Shown here piece after piece: positions 35,801 to 44,327 of a DNA stretch of 60,870 nucleotides. The notes beneath the pieces are model-generated. The model saw only the letters and a list, made by a program, of their open reading frames with translations. It did not search any database and was not told the origin of the DNA. Position 1 is the first letter of the stretch. The number at the start of each line of letters is the position of its first letter. A program made the position numbers and the translations under genes. Source of the stretch: a virus (taxonomy: Duplodnaviria > Caudoviricetes); the IMG/VR virus record IMGVR_UViG_3300037484_000304, positions 1 to 60,870 of that record. The stretch is one strand, 5' to 3'.

Positions 35801-37501
35801 AATGTCCTTTACCTTAGCCCACACGCTACCCCAGTCAATCTTCGCCCATTGCTCGCCGAGCCAGGACGTTATGGCCCCCACGATATTCGTTGCCTGCTCC
35901 CAGATTGCACCCCAGTTGATCCTGGACCACAGGTCGCCAAATGCACGGCCTACGGTATCGGCCATCGGCTTGAGTGTCTGCAAACTCACGTCTAGCCAGC
36001 GGCCAAAGTCTAGCTTGCCCTCAAACACATCACCGGCCAGACGTGCCAGGTTCGCCAGTGTGCCAGCAAAGTTGCCCACGGCCTTGCCAACCTTGTCTAG
36101 CCATTTAACCAGGTCCGGGCTCACCTGCTCGATCCACGGAATCATGGCATTAACGGCCTTCGTAACGCCGTCCGTCACATCGCGCAGCTTGGGCAGGAAG
36201 GCCATACCGAGCGTAATGGCCGCGGTCTCCAGCGAACCCTTTAGCTGTTCGATAGAGCCCTTCAAGTTGTTCAGCTTCTCCGCGCCCACACTCGCGGCCG
36301 TGACCTTGCCCATGCTGGCGGCCATGTCGGTGAAGCCCTTCTCGCCGGCCTTGGCGAAGATGGCCGCGGCGCGAATGGCGTCCGAGCCAAAGATGACTTC
36401 GAGAGCCATCATCTTCTCGGCGTCCGTCAGGCCCTCGGTTGCCTTCTGCAAGATACCCGAGATCTCGGTCATGCTCTTGAATTTGCCCTCGGCGTCGATG
36501 AAGGCGTTAGTGGTGATACCGACCTTCTGCGCGTACTTTGCCCAGGTATCCTGCTGGTCCTGCGTCATCTTCTTCTTGCCGTCCCAGCCAGTCACCATTT
36601 TCTTGAGCTGTTCCTCGTTGTCCTCAAGGGCGGCAATGGCTGGGGAGACGCCACGAGCCACCAGGTCTTGGTAGATCACTTCGCTCTGAGTTACCACCAG
36701 GCCCAGCTCGCGCATGGTCTCAGTGGCTTTCTTGGTTGTAGGCTGCAAGTTCATGAGAAAGGTCTTGAGGCTGGTTCCCGCATCTGAGCCGCGCAGACCA
36801 GCTTGCCCCAGGACAGCGATAGCTTGAGCCAGGTCGTCGAAGTTCTGGCCGGACGCCGCAGCCACAGCGCCCGAAGCGGCCAGAGAGAACTTGAAGTCAG
36901 AAACGGAGAGGGAAGAAGCGTTCGCCGCACCGGCGATCAGGTCGGCCACGTGCGCCATGTCCGCGCCCTTGAGGTTGAACATGGCCAGGGCATTGCTGGC
37001 GATCTCGGCTGCATCGGGCAGCGATACGCCACCAGCCGCGGCCAGGTTGAGCATCGCCTCAGCCGCGCCGTTCATGACGTCCGGAATGGAGATGCCGCCC
37101 TTGATCAATTCCTCGATACCGGCGGCGGCCTGGCTCGCGCTGAACGAGGTATCTTTACCAAGTTGCAGGGCCAGCTTGCTAACCTGCTCTATCTCGGTAG
37201 CCGTGGCACCAGACACGGCCTTGATGCTGCTGATCGTGCTCTCGAAGTTGGCCGCTGCGCTGATGCTGGCCACGCCTACCGCCGCGAAGGCCGCCGTGGC
37301 CGCGGCGGCACCGATGGCCACTACCTTGCCGACATTCGTAAAGGCATGACCGATCTTGGTGGCCATGCCCTCGCTGTGCTGCGCCGTCTTGTCGAACTGC
37401 TCGCCCAGGTCCTTGCCGTGCTGGTTGACTTTGCGCGCGGCAGCCTCGAAGGCGCTCAGTCCTTCAATCTTTACTGTTAGGCCGACAGGCTGCATGGTCA
37501 T
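32891..37501 (-). CDS. Tape measure protein (TP901-like core)
   Basis: 1536 aa; TSFSASQAA, GSDAGTSLKT, Trp-periodic repeats, two GI.SPS motifs, AGEGSEPEAILPL. Confidence 0.95.
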   Translation of the reverse strand: MTMQPVGLTVKIEGLSAFEAAARKVNQHGKDLGEQFDKTAQHSEGMATKIGHAFTNVGKVVAIGAAAATAAFAAVGVASISAAANFESTISSIKAVSGATATEIEQVSKLALQLGKDTSFSASQAAAGIEELIKGGISIPDVMNGAAEAMLNLAAAGGVSLPDAAEIASNALAMFNLKGADMAHVADLIAGAANASSLSVSDFKFSLAASGAVAAASGQNFDDLAQAIAVLGQAGLRGSDAGTSLKTFLMNLQPTTKKATETMRELGLVVTQSEVIYQDLVARGVSPAIAALEDNEEQLKKMVTGWDGKKKMTQDQQDTWAKYAQKVGITTNAFIDAEGKFKSMTEISGILQKATEGLTDAEKMMALEVIFGSDAIRAAAIFAKAGEKGFTDMAASMGKVTAASVGAEKLNNLKGSIEQLKGSLETAAITLGMAFLPKLRDVTDGVTKAVNAMIPWIEQVSPDLVKWLDKVGKAVGNFAGTLANLARLAGDVFEGKLDFGRWLDVSLQTLKPMADTVGRAFGDLWSRINWGAIWEQATNIVGAITSWLGEQWAKIDWGSVWAKVKDIGQALAGGVASIADAVTGWLGEQWAKVKWAEVWAAVRGIGAVLASNIVSIVDNVTNWLSNMWSKIDWASIWASVTSIGSALAANIMAIYSNVTSWLAAQWAKIDWTAVWQTVGSIGAAFVETVQPITADAVAWLKKSWEAINWLEIWAATRRLDETAAVWIDQQDWAGLGRKLGQQVLDMFRTGFSDENTTGGIHNIPTPQMIAKMFPVSTIWEINKAIIEVTINFGIAMIDGIVQGLGGLAGAVGRKLSDSLSNAVQMARDTLGIHSPSTVTKTVGEQMVGGLLAGVVNLGDVLGKEMSQQIQVGLGALSKALDLGGLVKGGGGIAIILVNLGKTMGESLASGVSAAIEEMPDPISRDMQTALAGGLARATEPMTKQIDTDMQTALAGGFLRATESMPDPIARDMAIALAGGLSRARESVETGAVNQAVESVGKSIVQGIADGVMGSVDMLSKAASAVADAAVEAVSEALDIGSPSKVMQIIGEQMIEGLTLGITDAGRTFNEVFHRVFDETFEWWDREGLNLFDFMRAQAEQFARDQASNMAFVFDEMKGGRKGIEDLMKVLEQMYGGLAKIVSPLTDIMDLIAAPVTQQYEDQIKAVNDQLKEQNTAYADQMDALADWSRYRQNVHDAEMATISDEIDLLNEKIALEQRPYLDQQMAANEEYQKLQAEGNVADLYFAREREKAHTTGDKKRLDDLKLEEDSYRDNQRYRLDVLRAEMAVSKDQMDAVADRHAAELTALQAEQAAKKDAWDAEQDAIKRRREALEATNKVQREAAAERLKEIAAEEKAALIANNTIRGLLDTIAALQAKTAEMEMIKTVSLIANTLSSAGMQIPQAVLDAFAALPREAGGMLDSVINALLAAYGRGLYGAAEGAVVTRPTVLMAGEGSEPEAILPLSSLRGLVDSVLSRVLGGRVGMPMPGAMLRAGGGSTFTQQRTYQLSASYAQVQSESSIMLDLQAMEMLAGARG

Positions 37502-37516
37502 CCGGTCAACAGTCCT

Positions 37517-37756
37517 CTATCCTCGTTTACGTGCAGGCTTGGTTGTCTCGTGCGACAACACGCCTTCGATGCGATTCTCGGCCCTGATTTGGGCAATGAC
37601 GCGCGCCTGGTCGGGAATGGCCCACGTCTCGAATTGTGAAGGCGGCACACCCACCCGAATGGCGGCCCGTGTCACCTCGTACTCCAGAGCGTAAGCAATG
37701 CCACTAGCGGGCACGTACATGCGTTCGATGTTAGCTCCCCTGTATCTCACGCCGAA
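37517..37756 (-). CDS. Tail assembly chaperone extension (frameshift product)
   Basis: Overlapping +1-frame ORF without its own RBS, immediately before the tape measure. Confidence 0.6.
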   Translation of the reverse strand, partial: FGVRYRGANIERMYVPASGIAYALEYEVTRAAIRVGVPPSQFETWAIPDQARVIAQIRAENRIEGVLSHETTKPARKRG

Positions 37757-38261
37757 ACTGGCTCGCCGCGGCGGCAATGGCCTCCTCGGTCACTGTGGTC
37801 AGACGGTAGACGGCCTGCACAACCCTGGTCAGGTCGGCGGCCGTTTTCAGTAGCTCATGCCGCAGGTAGGCCAGGCGCCGCTTGCTGTTACTAGAAACGT
37901 CCGGCCGCGCCAGGCCCAGCGTGTCCATATCTTCCAGCCAGCCATCACCGGGGGGCACGTCCACGATCACGCCTTTCACGAGGGCCAGGTCCACGCTGGC
38001 CGCGTTCTTCGCTTCCCGCTGCGTATCGCAGGCCGCGAGCCAGTCCGGATCGTTGGGGTTGGGCTCGCGCGTCTTCTGACCGTCAATCTCCACCTCCACC
38101 CAGGGCGCGGGCGGCTGGGGGTACAGGTCGTTAAGTTTCTGAACGAGGGTCATTGGCACGCCTTGCAAGCGCAGCCGCTGGCCGCCAGACAGGACGACAT
38201 AATCATCCTGGCCATCCTGGTCTACTAGCTCCGTGATCTTCTCGCTGGTCTCGGTAACCAT
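37731..38261 (-). CDS. Tail assembly chaperone
   Basis: Between major tail and tape measure; start reassigned to 38261 (AAGGAG RBS). Confidence 0.7.
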   Translation of the reverse strand: MVTETSEKITELVDQDGQDDYVVLSGGQRLRLQGVPMTLVQKLNDLYPQPPAPWVEVEIDGQKTREPNPNDPDWLAACDTQREAKNAASVDLALVKGVIVDVPPGDGWLEDMDTLGLARPDVSSNSKRRLAYLRHELLKTAADLTRVVQAVYRLTTVTEEAIAAAASQFRREIQGS

Positions 38262-38325
38262 CTGCTGCTCACTCCTTCTGCTGCTGAGGGACCGGGGTAA
38301 TCCCCGGTCCCTTGCCCTTTTGCTG

Positions 38326-39819
38326 TTACTCGTAGCCAACGCCGTGGATGGCTACACCGTCGGCGGCGTTGTCGCCCAGGCCGACTGCCCACAGCTCGTT
38401 CACGCCTACGATGGCGATACTGTTCAGCCGGTCGTTGGCCGGGATGCTCACGCCCGTTGCTTCTGGTAATCGATACCAGGAGCTACCGCCGTCAATCGTG
38501 CGATACAGTCGCCCGGCGGGCGTCATCGTATTGAAGGCGAAGTAGCCGACCGCCGGGTCTTCCGTAAAGCGGATGTCCGTGATGTCTCCTCCGGTCGTGC
38601 TATCAGGATGCGTCTTCTCAGTCCACGTCTGCCCGCGATCCTTGGTGTAGTACAGGCGGCCGCTGTTGTCGGTGCCGACCCACCACATGTCTTCGTTGAC
38701 ACACCACACGGTCAGCAGGTGCACACCCGCGGCCGGGCCCGTAACGGACTGGAAGGTGGCGCCGCCGTCGTCGCTGTAGATCACGGCATTGGCCTGGCCC
38801 ACCGCTACGATGAACTGTGAGCCTATCCCGTGTACGGCATTGAGGTTCTGTGCCGTCGCCACGCCAGCGTCGAGCACTGACACGCCCGCGGTGATGTCCG
38901 TGCTCAGGTAGACGTAGCCACCCAGGCCGACGATGTACACGTGCGAGGGGTCGGGGGCATAGATGGCCACTGGCTCGCCACCTGCCACGAACCCGGTTGC
39001 GACCTCAGTCCAGGTATCCAGGTCGTCCTTGTCGGCGTAGTGCAGGCTGGCAATGTCGTCGCTCACCACGACGATGTAGTCGCCCACACAGGCGCCGTCG
39101 TCCGGCTGCTGCGCTGCAGCCAGGGTGTCGATGTACTGGTTGAGCCAGGATGCGCCACCGTCCTCCGTGTAGACTAGCTCCGGCAGGATGGCCGGGCTGC
39201 CTGCGCCGGGGGCCCGGGCGATCAGGTAGATTTTCTCGCCGCCCTCCGACACATCCTCGCACTCGCCGCACGATACGGCGTCGCAGACCAGGACCTTGGC
39301 GATCTCCGTCGTGATGTCCACACCACCAGCCAAGGCGAAGCTCAGCGGATCGATCTCGTAGATGGCCTCGGCCGTGATGTCGTGCGTCAGCAGCATCATG
39401 CCCTCGTCACCAGGCTCCAGGCTCAGCAGGTTCTCGCTGCCGATGTTCGTGATGTCGGCACCATTGAAGTGCAGGATCTTCGACCAGCCGCGCACCAGGT
39501 CCTGCGGGTTCTTGCAGCGGCCGTAGGGCACGTAGGCGTCGAAGGCGCAAGTGAGCTTGCGCAGGAAGTTGAGACTGGCCAGCCGCATCATGATCGACGC
39601 CGTCGGGTTCTCTGGTGCACCCTTAATCTGGTCAACCTTGATGTACTTGCGTCGCACGTTCGGGTCCGGGCACCAGACAGGCGTCTTATCGCCCCGCGGC
39701 TCCGTAAAGCCGCCCATGCTGGCGCAGCCGCGATACTGTACCGCCTGGTCCGGCCTTGGGCCGAACTTCTGAATGAACAGGCGGCCATCGCCACGCTGAT
39801 AGAACTGTTCGTCAGCCAT
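38326..39819 (-). CDS. Putative major tail protein with C-terminal Asp-box (BNR/YCF48-like) propeller
   Basis: Position before the chaperones; YTEDGGASW, YSDDGGATF, YTKDRGQTW, RTIDGGSSW. Confidence 0.65.
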   Translation of the reverse strand: MADEQFYQRGDGRLFIQKFGPRPDQAVQYRGCASMGGFTEPRGDKTPVWCPDPNVRRKYIKVDQIKGAPENPTASIMMRLASLNFLRKLTCAFDAYVPYGRCKNPQDLVRGWSKILHFNGADITNIGSENLLSLEPGDEGMMLLTHDITAEAIYEIDPLSFALAGGVDITTEIAKVLVCDAVSCGECEDVSEGGEKIYLIARAPGAGSPAILPELVYTEDGGASWLNQYIDTLAAAQQPDDGACVGDYIVVVSDDIASLHYADKDDLDTWTEVATGFVAGGEPVAIYAPDPSHVYIVGLGGYVYLSTDITAGVSVLDAGVATAQNLNAVHGIGSQFIVAVGQANAVIYSDDGGATFQSVTGPAAGVHLLTVWCVNEDMWWVGTDNSGRLYYTKDRGQTWTEKTHPDSTTGGDITDIRFTEDPAVGYFAFNTMTPAGRLYRTIDGGSSWYRLPEATGVSIPANDRLNSIAIVGVNELWAVGLGDNAADGVAIHGVGYE

Positions 39820-40204
39820 TGGGTTGCTCCTTTCGTTGGCTGGCCGCCTTTTCGGCCAGAGCGTACTGATTGAGAATGCTCGCTACATCTACTCTCAGCG
39901 CAGCCTGAAGGGCCGCAAACACCTCGCTCGCCACGGCGCCCTTGCGCCGCCGTATGTCGGCCGCCGTCCAGAGTCCCCGCCGCCGCAGCTCATTCTGGAG
40001 ACGACACCGCGTCTGCTCCTGCTCACTCACGCCTAGCTCTATTTCTACGCCGACAGGAATACCGGCCGGCGCCTGCTCATCGGGCACATTGTCCGGCAGC
40101 AGTGCCCGCTGCAGGCAGCCATCATCGTCCAGCCACTCTACACTTTTCACGCTACAGTATCCCTCCTCTGCCGACCTGTCTCTCTCTAACTCGCTGCCAG
40201 GCAA
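39812..40204 (-). CDS. Hypothetical (neck/tail-associated) protein
   Basis: Operon packing; true start likely about 40150. Confidence 0.55.
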   Translation of the reverse strand: MPGSELERDRSAEEGYCSVKSVEWLDDDGCLQRALLPDNVPDEQAPAGIPVGVEIELGVSEQEQTRCRLQNELRRRGLWTAADIRRRKGAVASEVFAALQAALRVDVASILNQYALAEKAASQRKEQPNG

Positions 40205-41360
40205 AGACGGCGCCGCGACGTGTGCCGAAGGGGCAGCTCTTGGCGATGTCGTCCAGTTGGAAGCTCCGTGCTCCGGACTGTGTGCTCAGGTTCAGGGCCA
40301 GGTCTTCCTGCCAGCGGTCGAGCTTTGCTTTGGCCGTGGCGCAGGCGCACAGCGGGCGGTCTAGCAGACTGGCGGCGTAGTAGGCTACGGCTCTGGCCCA
40401 ATAGTCGGCCATCTCGCCGTCGGCACCCAACGGCTCGCCAGCGAGGTAGGATACGCGGACAGCGTTGGGCGGCCGGGCCTTATCCAGACTGGCCGCCGTG
40501 TACTCTTCCGTGTCGCTATCGTAGGTTGCGGGCCAGGGCGCCACAATACCCAGGTCGGCCTGGCGAATCGTGCCGCAGGCCACCTGTGTCTCTTCCGCGC
40601 ACGCTTCGTCGCCACACACCTCGGCGCCGCGCCAGACGAGGGTAGCGACAGTCGAGTTGACCGTGCGCCGCCGGTACACGTCCACGTGTGTCACGTAGGA
40701 AGCGGCAGCGTCAGCATCGATCTCGTCGTCCTCTTCCTGCAACGTCGGCTTGAGGAACAGGTAGGCCGGGCCGCTGATAGTGGCTGTGCCACCCGAAATA
40801 CTGATGGTCAGCGGCTTGTGCCCGCCATGTATCCTATAGGTCTCACTGGCCGCGGCATCGGCACCATCAACTACCCGGAAGTAGACGGCGATCTCTGTTG
40901 GTTCCGTCACCGTGGTGGCACAGGTTACAGTCGCCGTGCCGCTGGCCACCGTAACCACACGGTCGGCCAGGATCAGGGACTTGGATTCCACGCCCAGGTC
41001 CTGTACCTTGCCCCACTTGAGCTGGGCGCTAATGGCATCGCCCCGTGGCTGCCTGATCCAGCCATACAGCTCGCGGGCGTGGTAGCGTGCATACTCGTGC
41101 TCTTCGGCGGCGAAATACTTGGGCGCGGGCCAGTAGCCCAGGCCCTGCGCAATGTCCGCTTCGGCCTGCGCGATGGCATTGGCGATAGTCTCCCTGCTGG
41201 TCTTGTCGCTCGCTATCCAGTCCCACTGGAAAAGCAGATCGTCGCACTCGCCCGCGGGGTAGCTGGCGTTGACAGACTGGGCAAAGTGCCAAGGATTCAA
41301 GCCGAGAATGTTTGCCCAGCGGTCCAGAGACAGCAAGGTGATGATGCTGGCACGGCTCAT
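40152..41360 (-). CDS. Putative head-tail connector
   Basis: AIAQAEADI..LGY and VRVSYLAG resemble adaptor proteins; position. Confidence 0.55.
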   Translation of the reverse strand: MSRASIITLLSLDRWANILGLNPWHFAQSVNASYPAGECDDLLFQWDWIASDKTSRETIANAIAQAEADIAQGLGYWPAPKYFAAEEHEYARYHARELYGWIRQPRGDAISAQLKWGKVQDLGVESKSLILADRVVTVASGTATVTCATTVTEPTEIAVYFRVVDGADAAASETYRIHGGHKPLTISISGGTATISGPAYLFLKPTLQEEDDEIDADAAASYVTHVDVYRRRTVNSTVATLVWRGAEVCGDEACAEETQVACGTIRQADLGIVAPWPATYDSDTEEYTAASLDKARPPNAVRVSYLAGEPLGADGEMADYWARAVAYYAASLLDRPLCACATAKAKLDRWQEDLALNLSTQSGARSFQLDDIAKSCPFGTRRGAVFAWQRVRERQVGRGGIL

Positions 41361-41428
41361 AATGTTATCCTATCAGGCTTGTAAAGTTGCATGCTATCCT
41401 ACCTCTTCTGCCAGGTTGGCTGCCAGGC

Positions 41429-41809
41429 TCACCTGCTCACCTTTACTGCCTCTTTAGTTACCGTCGCCACAATACTCTCCGCCTCAGCCTTGTAAGCCTG
41501 TAGTCGGTCATACTCCGCCGTCCCCGCCTTGGCCTGCTCTACCGTGGCCAGCCGGGCCTTGATTAGGGCCAGCTCGGGCTCCCGGGCCAGCGTCAAGTTG
41601 CCCGTGGAGTAGGACTCCGAGACGATGGTATCCTTCAGGTCAGCCAGGTCGGTCTTGTCCACCACCTCCACATAATCATAGTCATAACTGGCATGTGGCT
41701 TGTCGTCCAGGTCTACACGGCTGACTGCATGGACGTTGAACCTGAATTGCAGCAGGTTACGGGTCGAGACGAACTGTGCTGGGTACTCGTCAGCGTTACC
41801 ATATTTCAT
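41429..41809 (-). CDS. Hypothetical protein following the CLec gene
   Basis: AGGAGG RBS; YDYDYVEV...IVSESYS. Confidence 0.7.
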   Translation of the reverse strand: MKYGNADEYPAQFVSTRNLLQFRFNVHAVSRVDLDDKPHASYDYDYVEVVDKTDLADLKDTIVSESYSTGNLTLAREPELALIKARLATVEQAKAGTAEYDRLQAYKAEAESIVATVTKEAVKVSR

Positions 41810-41814
41810 GACAA

Positions 41815-41846
41815 TACCTCCTGAATTGGCGACCTGCTAGCCAGTA
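41815..41846 (-). repeat. Truncated DGR template-repeat-like copy of 41984-42015
   Basis: 23 of 32 identical; 8 of the 9 mismatches are at adenines (coding strand) of this copy. Confidence 0.75.
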
Positions 41847-41879
41847 AGCAGCACGGAACCTTGCTGAGCTAACCTCCCT

Positions 41880-43343
41880 TCATCCACGGAAAACCGCCCG
41901 CCCGCCGATAAACCGATAACGAATGCCAGCGCCAGAACTCAGATTGAGGCAGAAGGCGCCGACATACTCACCACTATTCGCGTAACCCCCCGACGCGGCG
42001 ACCAGCCAGCCAGCAGCCTGCCAGTAGTAGTCGGTTACTTTGGTGCTGCTCGACCCGCCAGCCACGGACGCAGGTAGGAAGCCACGAGCGATGTTCAGCA
42101 GCGTGGCCTGGTAGCCGTTGCTGTTATGGTTGTTGACGCCAATGTCCGTATAGCCTGTCGTGGTATCGTCGGCCAGTGAAGCGGCGACATTGCAGACGTA
42201 GGAGCGGTTGTTGTTTGTGTTGATGCCATCCAGCCAGGACCAGATATGGCCGTACCAGTTCTCGATGCCTCGGTAAGTCATGTGCTTGGTAACTTCGGCT
42301 GCCGCGGTCGCCGCTCCGCCCGTGTTGGCCGTAGCATTGCCCGCCGGGTTAGAGTTACCGGTGGGAGCAATCGGGTTGTAGTCGTTGTAGGCAGGCCAGT
42401 CGCCAACGTTGCTGATGCCAGCGCCTATTACGGATTGGGAATAAAACGAAGCGTACTCCACCAGGTACAGCAACTGTACGGCGCTGCGAATGTCGTACAG
42501 CTCCTGAGTCCAGCCAGTGCCACGGTTTGCAGCCGCGATGCGGAACTCGGCCCTCGTGCCATAAGTGATAGGCCGCTTTCCAGCCACCGAGGCCAGCTTG
42601 TCGCCCGTTGTGGCCGTCCAGTTCTTCTGTGTCTCGACGACAGTTGCCGCTGCCGTCTCGTTAACCAGCGCCTCAGTTGTCGTAATCTTGGTGGCTGAGA
42701 CCAACGAAGCGACGGTGAAGGTGCCGTTGTTGGACACCGTACCCGAGATGACCAGCTTATCGCCCACGGCCAGCCCGCTAAACGGGTTCGTCCTGCTGTT
42801 GGCGGTAATGCTCTTGTCGGCTGCAGCAAACGTGCAGGACCAGGCTGTCTGATAGATGCCGTTGGCGTAGATGGCCGCCGAAACGTCGTAGAGTACCGCT
42901 TCGTAGGCGCCAACGAACACACGGGAGTACACCGTACTACCAGACATAAAGGCTGGATGCAGGGAGAAGCCGGACGCAGGACCAGTGGCAATCTCCCAGG
43001 TGTGCGTAGTGCCGGCGTAGGCGTGGCGATACCAGAAAGCAGGAATCTCGACCATAACCTGGCCGTCCGTGCCGTCGAGCACAGAGGGCGTCACGCCGTC
43101 CGCCTTAAGCGTCGAGTCTGTTGCACTCAGGTAGTACTGCACTACGCCCGCGTCATTGATGACACAGCGGCGCATCAGGGCTTGGATGGGCAGCCAGGCG
43201 TTACCAGGGCTGGCACCGGTAGCCTGGCCCACCGTAGAGCCGGTGCGTGCGTAGGTGTCGGCGGACTCGTCCCAGGTCAGGCCGTAGACGATCGACGCTG
43301 GGGTAGCCATTTTGGGGCGGAAAGCGGCAACTGGTGCTGGCAT
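41880..43343 (-). CDS. Receptor-binding protein with C-terminal C-type-lectin (Mtd/FGE-like) domain; DGR target-like
   Basis: GQVMVEIPAFW, LHPAF, YRGIENWYGHIWSWLDG, C-terminus SGGYANSGEYVGAFCLNLSSGAGIRYRFIGGRAVF. Confidence 0.85.
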   Translation of the reverse strand: MPAPVAAFRPKMATPASIVYGLTWDESADTYARTGSTVGQATGASPGNAWLPIQALMRRCVINDAGVVQYYLSATDSTLKADGVTPSVLDGTDGQVMVEIPAFWYRHAYAGTTHTWEIATGPASGFSLHPAFMSGSTVYSRVFVGAYEAVLYDVSAAIYANGIYQTAWSCTFAAADKSITANSRTNPFSGLAVGDKLVISGTVSNNGTFTVASLVSATKITTTEALVNETAAATVVETQKNWTATTGDKLASVAGKRPITYGTRAEFRIAAANRGTGWTQELYDIRSAVQLLYLVEYASFYSQSVIGAGISNVGDWPAYNDYNPIAPTGNSNPAGNATANTGGAATAAAEVTKHMTYRGIENWYGHIWSWLDGINTNNNRSYVCNVAASLADDTTTGYTDIGVNNHNSNGYQATLLNIARGFLPASVAGGSSSTKVTDYYWQAAGWLVAASGGYANSGEYVGAFCLNLSSGAGIRYRFIGGRAVFRG

Positions 43344-43345
43344 TG

Positions 43346-43861
43346 TCAGGCCTCACTGTGGTAGAGTACTGTTAACGCCACATTACCCGCCAGCGAGGCG
43401 TCCCCTCTCAGCTTCTTATCTGCAGTGTCGAGCTTGAGCTTCCCCCGTGTCGTCACCTGTGCCGTGCCATTGGCAGCCAGGTACAACCGGAATATCTCGG
43501 TGCCGCTGGTCTCTTCCACAAACGAGATGTAGAGTGCCGTGTCCGAAGAAGCAATCACGTCGTCAATGACAATCTTCTGGCCTGCCGTAGGTGCAGCCGT
43601 CAGGTCGGCAGCGCCGGTCATGTCGGCAGAGGTCGTTAGCTGACGAACAGATGTCCAACTTGGGCCAGCGTCCGTGGTGGGCCATGGTGTCGCATTCGCC
43701 GTGCCCTGGTTGGCTGTGACGGTGCCGACTACCTGGCTGCTTGCCTGCAACTGGACAGGCAGCGGCTCGCTCTGACAGACGCGGCGTGCCTCGCCCTGTA
43801 GATTGTCCCACCAGTAGTGCAGGATCTTAGTGATTGGCCCACCCTGAATTGACTCACTCAC
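43346..43861 (-). CDS. Putative virion structural protein
   Basis: GTVTANQG, beta-rich; late operon. Confidence 0.55.
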   Translation of the reverse strand: MSESIQGGPITKILHYWWDNLQGEARRVCQSEPLPVQLQASSQVVGTVTANQGTANATPWPTTDAGPSWTSVRQLTTSADMTGAADLTAAPTAGQKIVIDDVIASSDTALYISFVEETSGTEIFRLYLAANGTAQVTTRGKLKLDTADKKLRGDASLAGNVALTVLYHSEA

Positions 43862-44327
43862 GGTTAGTCACCTCCCACAACCAGATTGCGCCTCCACTGA
43901 GCGCGAGCCAGACAACCAGTATTGCCAGGCCGGTATGCCAGAAAAGGAGCAGGGCAACCGGAATCGCCACCCACATGCTCAGGCAGCGCGGGCAACTGAT
44001 GGCCCGCCCCAGGTTGCTACGTGCTCGCCATTGTGCAGACGCGCCCGGCAACCGCGGCGTCGGGTCCTCACGGTACTCGTAGGCGCCCAGCCAGGTACGA
44101 AGGGCCACACACCAGTCGCCGGGGCCATCGTCTATGGCGATCAGCACCGCCAGACGGTAGACGGACAGCACGCCCAGCAAGAACAGGAATAGGTCAGGCA
44201 CGTCAAGCACGCCTGAACCAGTTAGGTGCCGCCGCCAGGTCGGCCGGATGAACCATGAAGCGGTCGCCACCGCCCCGCCGCCCATAGAACGTGTGCGTCG
44301 CCGGGCCGTAAATGTGATGAGCGCCAC
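43854..44327 (-). CDS. DUF1360-like membrane protein
   Basis: YRLAVLI..DDGP and ISCPRCLSMW with TM helices; true start probably about 44200. Confidence 0.75.
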   Translation of the reverse strand: MALITFTARRRTRSMGGGAVATASWFIRPTWRRHLTGSGVLDVPDLFLFLLGVLSVYRLAVLIAIDDGPGDWCVALRTWLGAYEYREDPTPRLPGASAQWRARSNLGRAISCPRCLSMWVAIPVALLLFWHTGLAILVVWLALSGGAIWLWEVTNRE

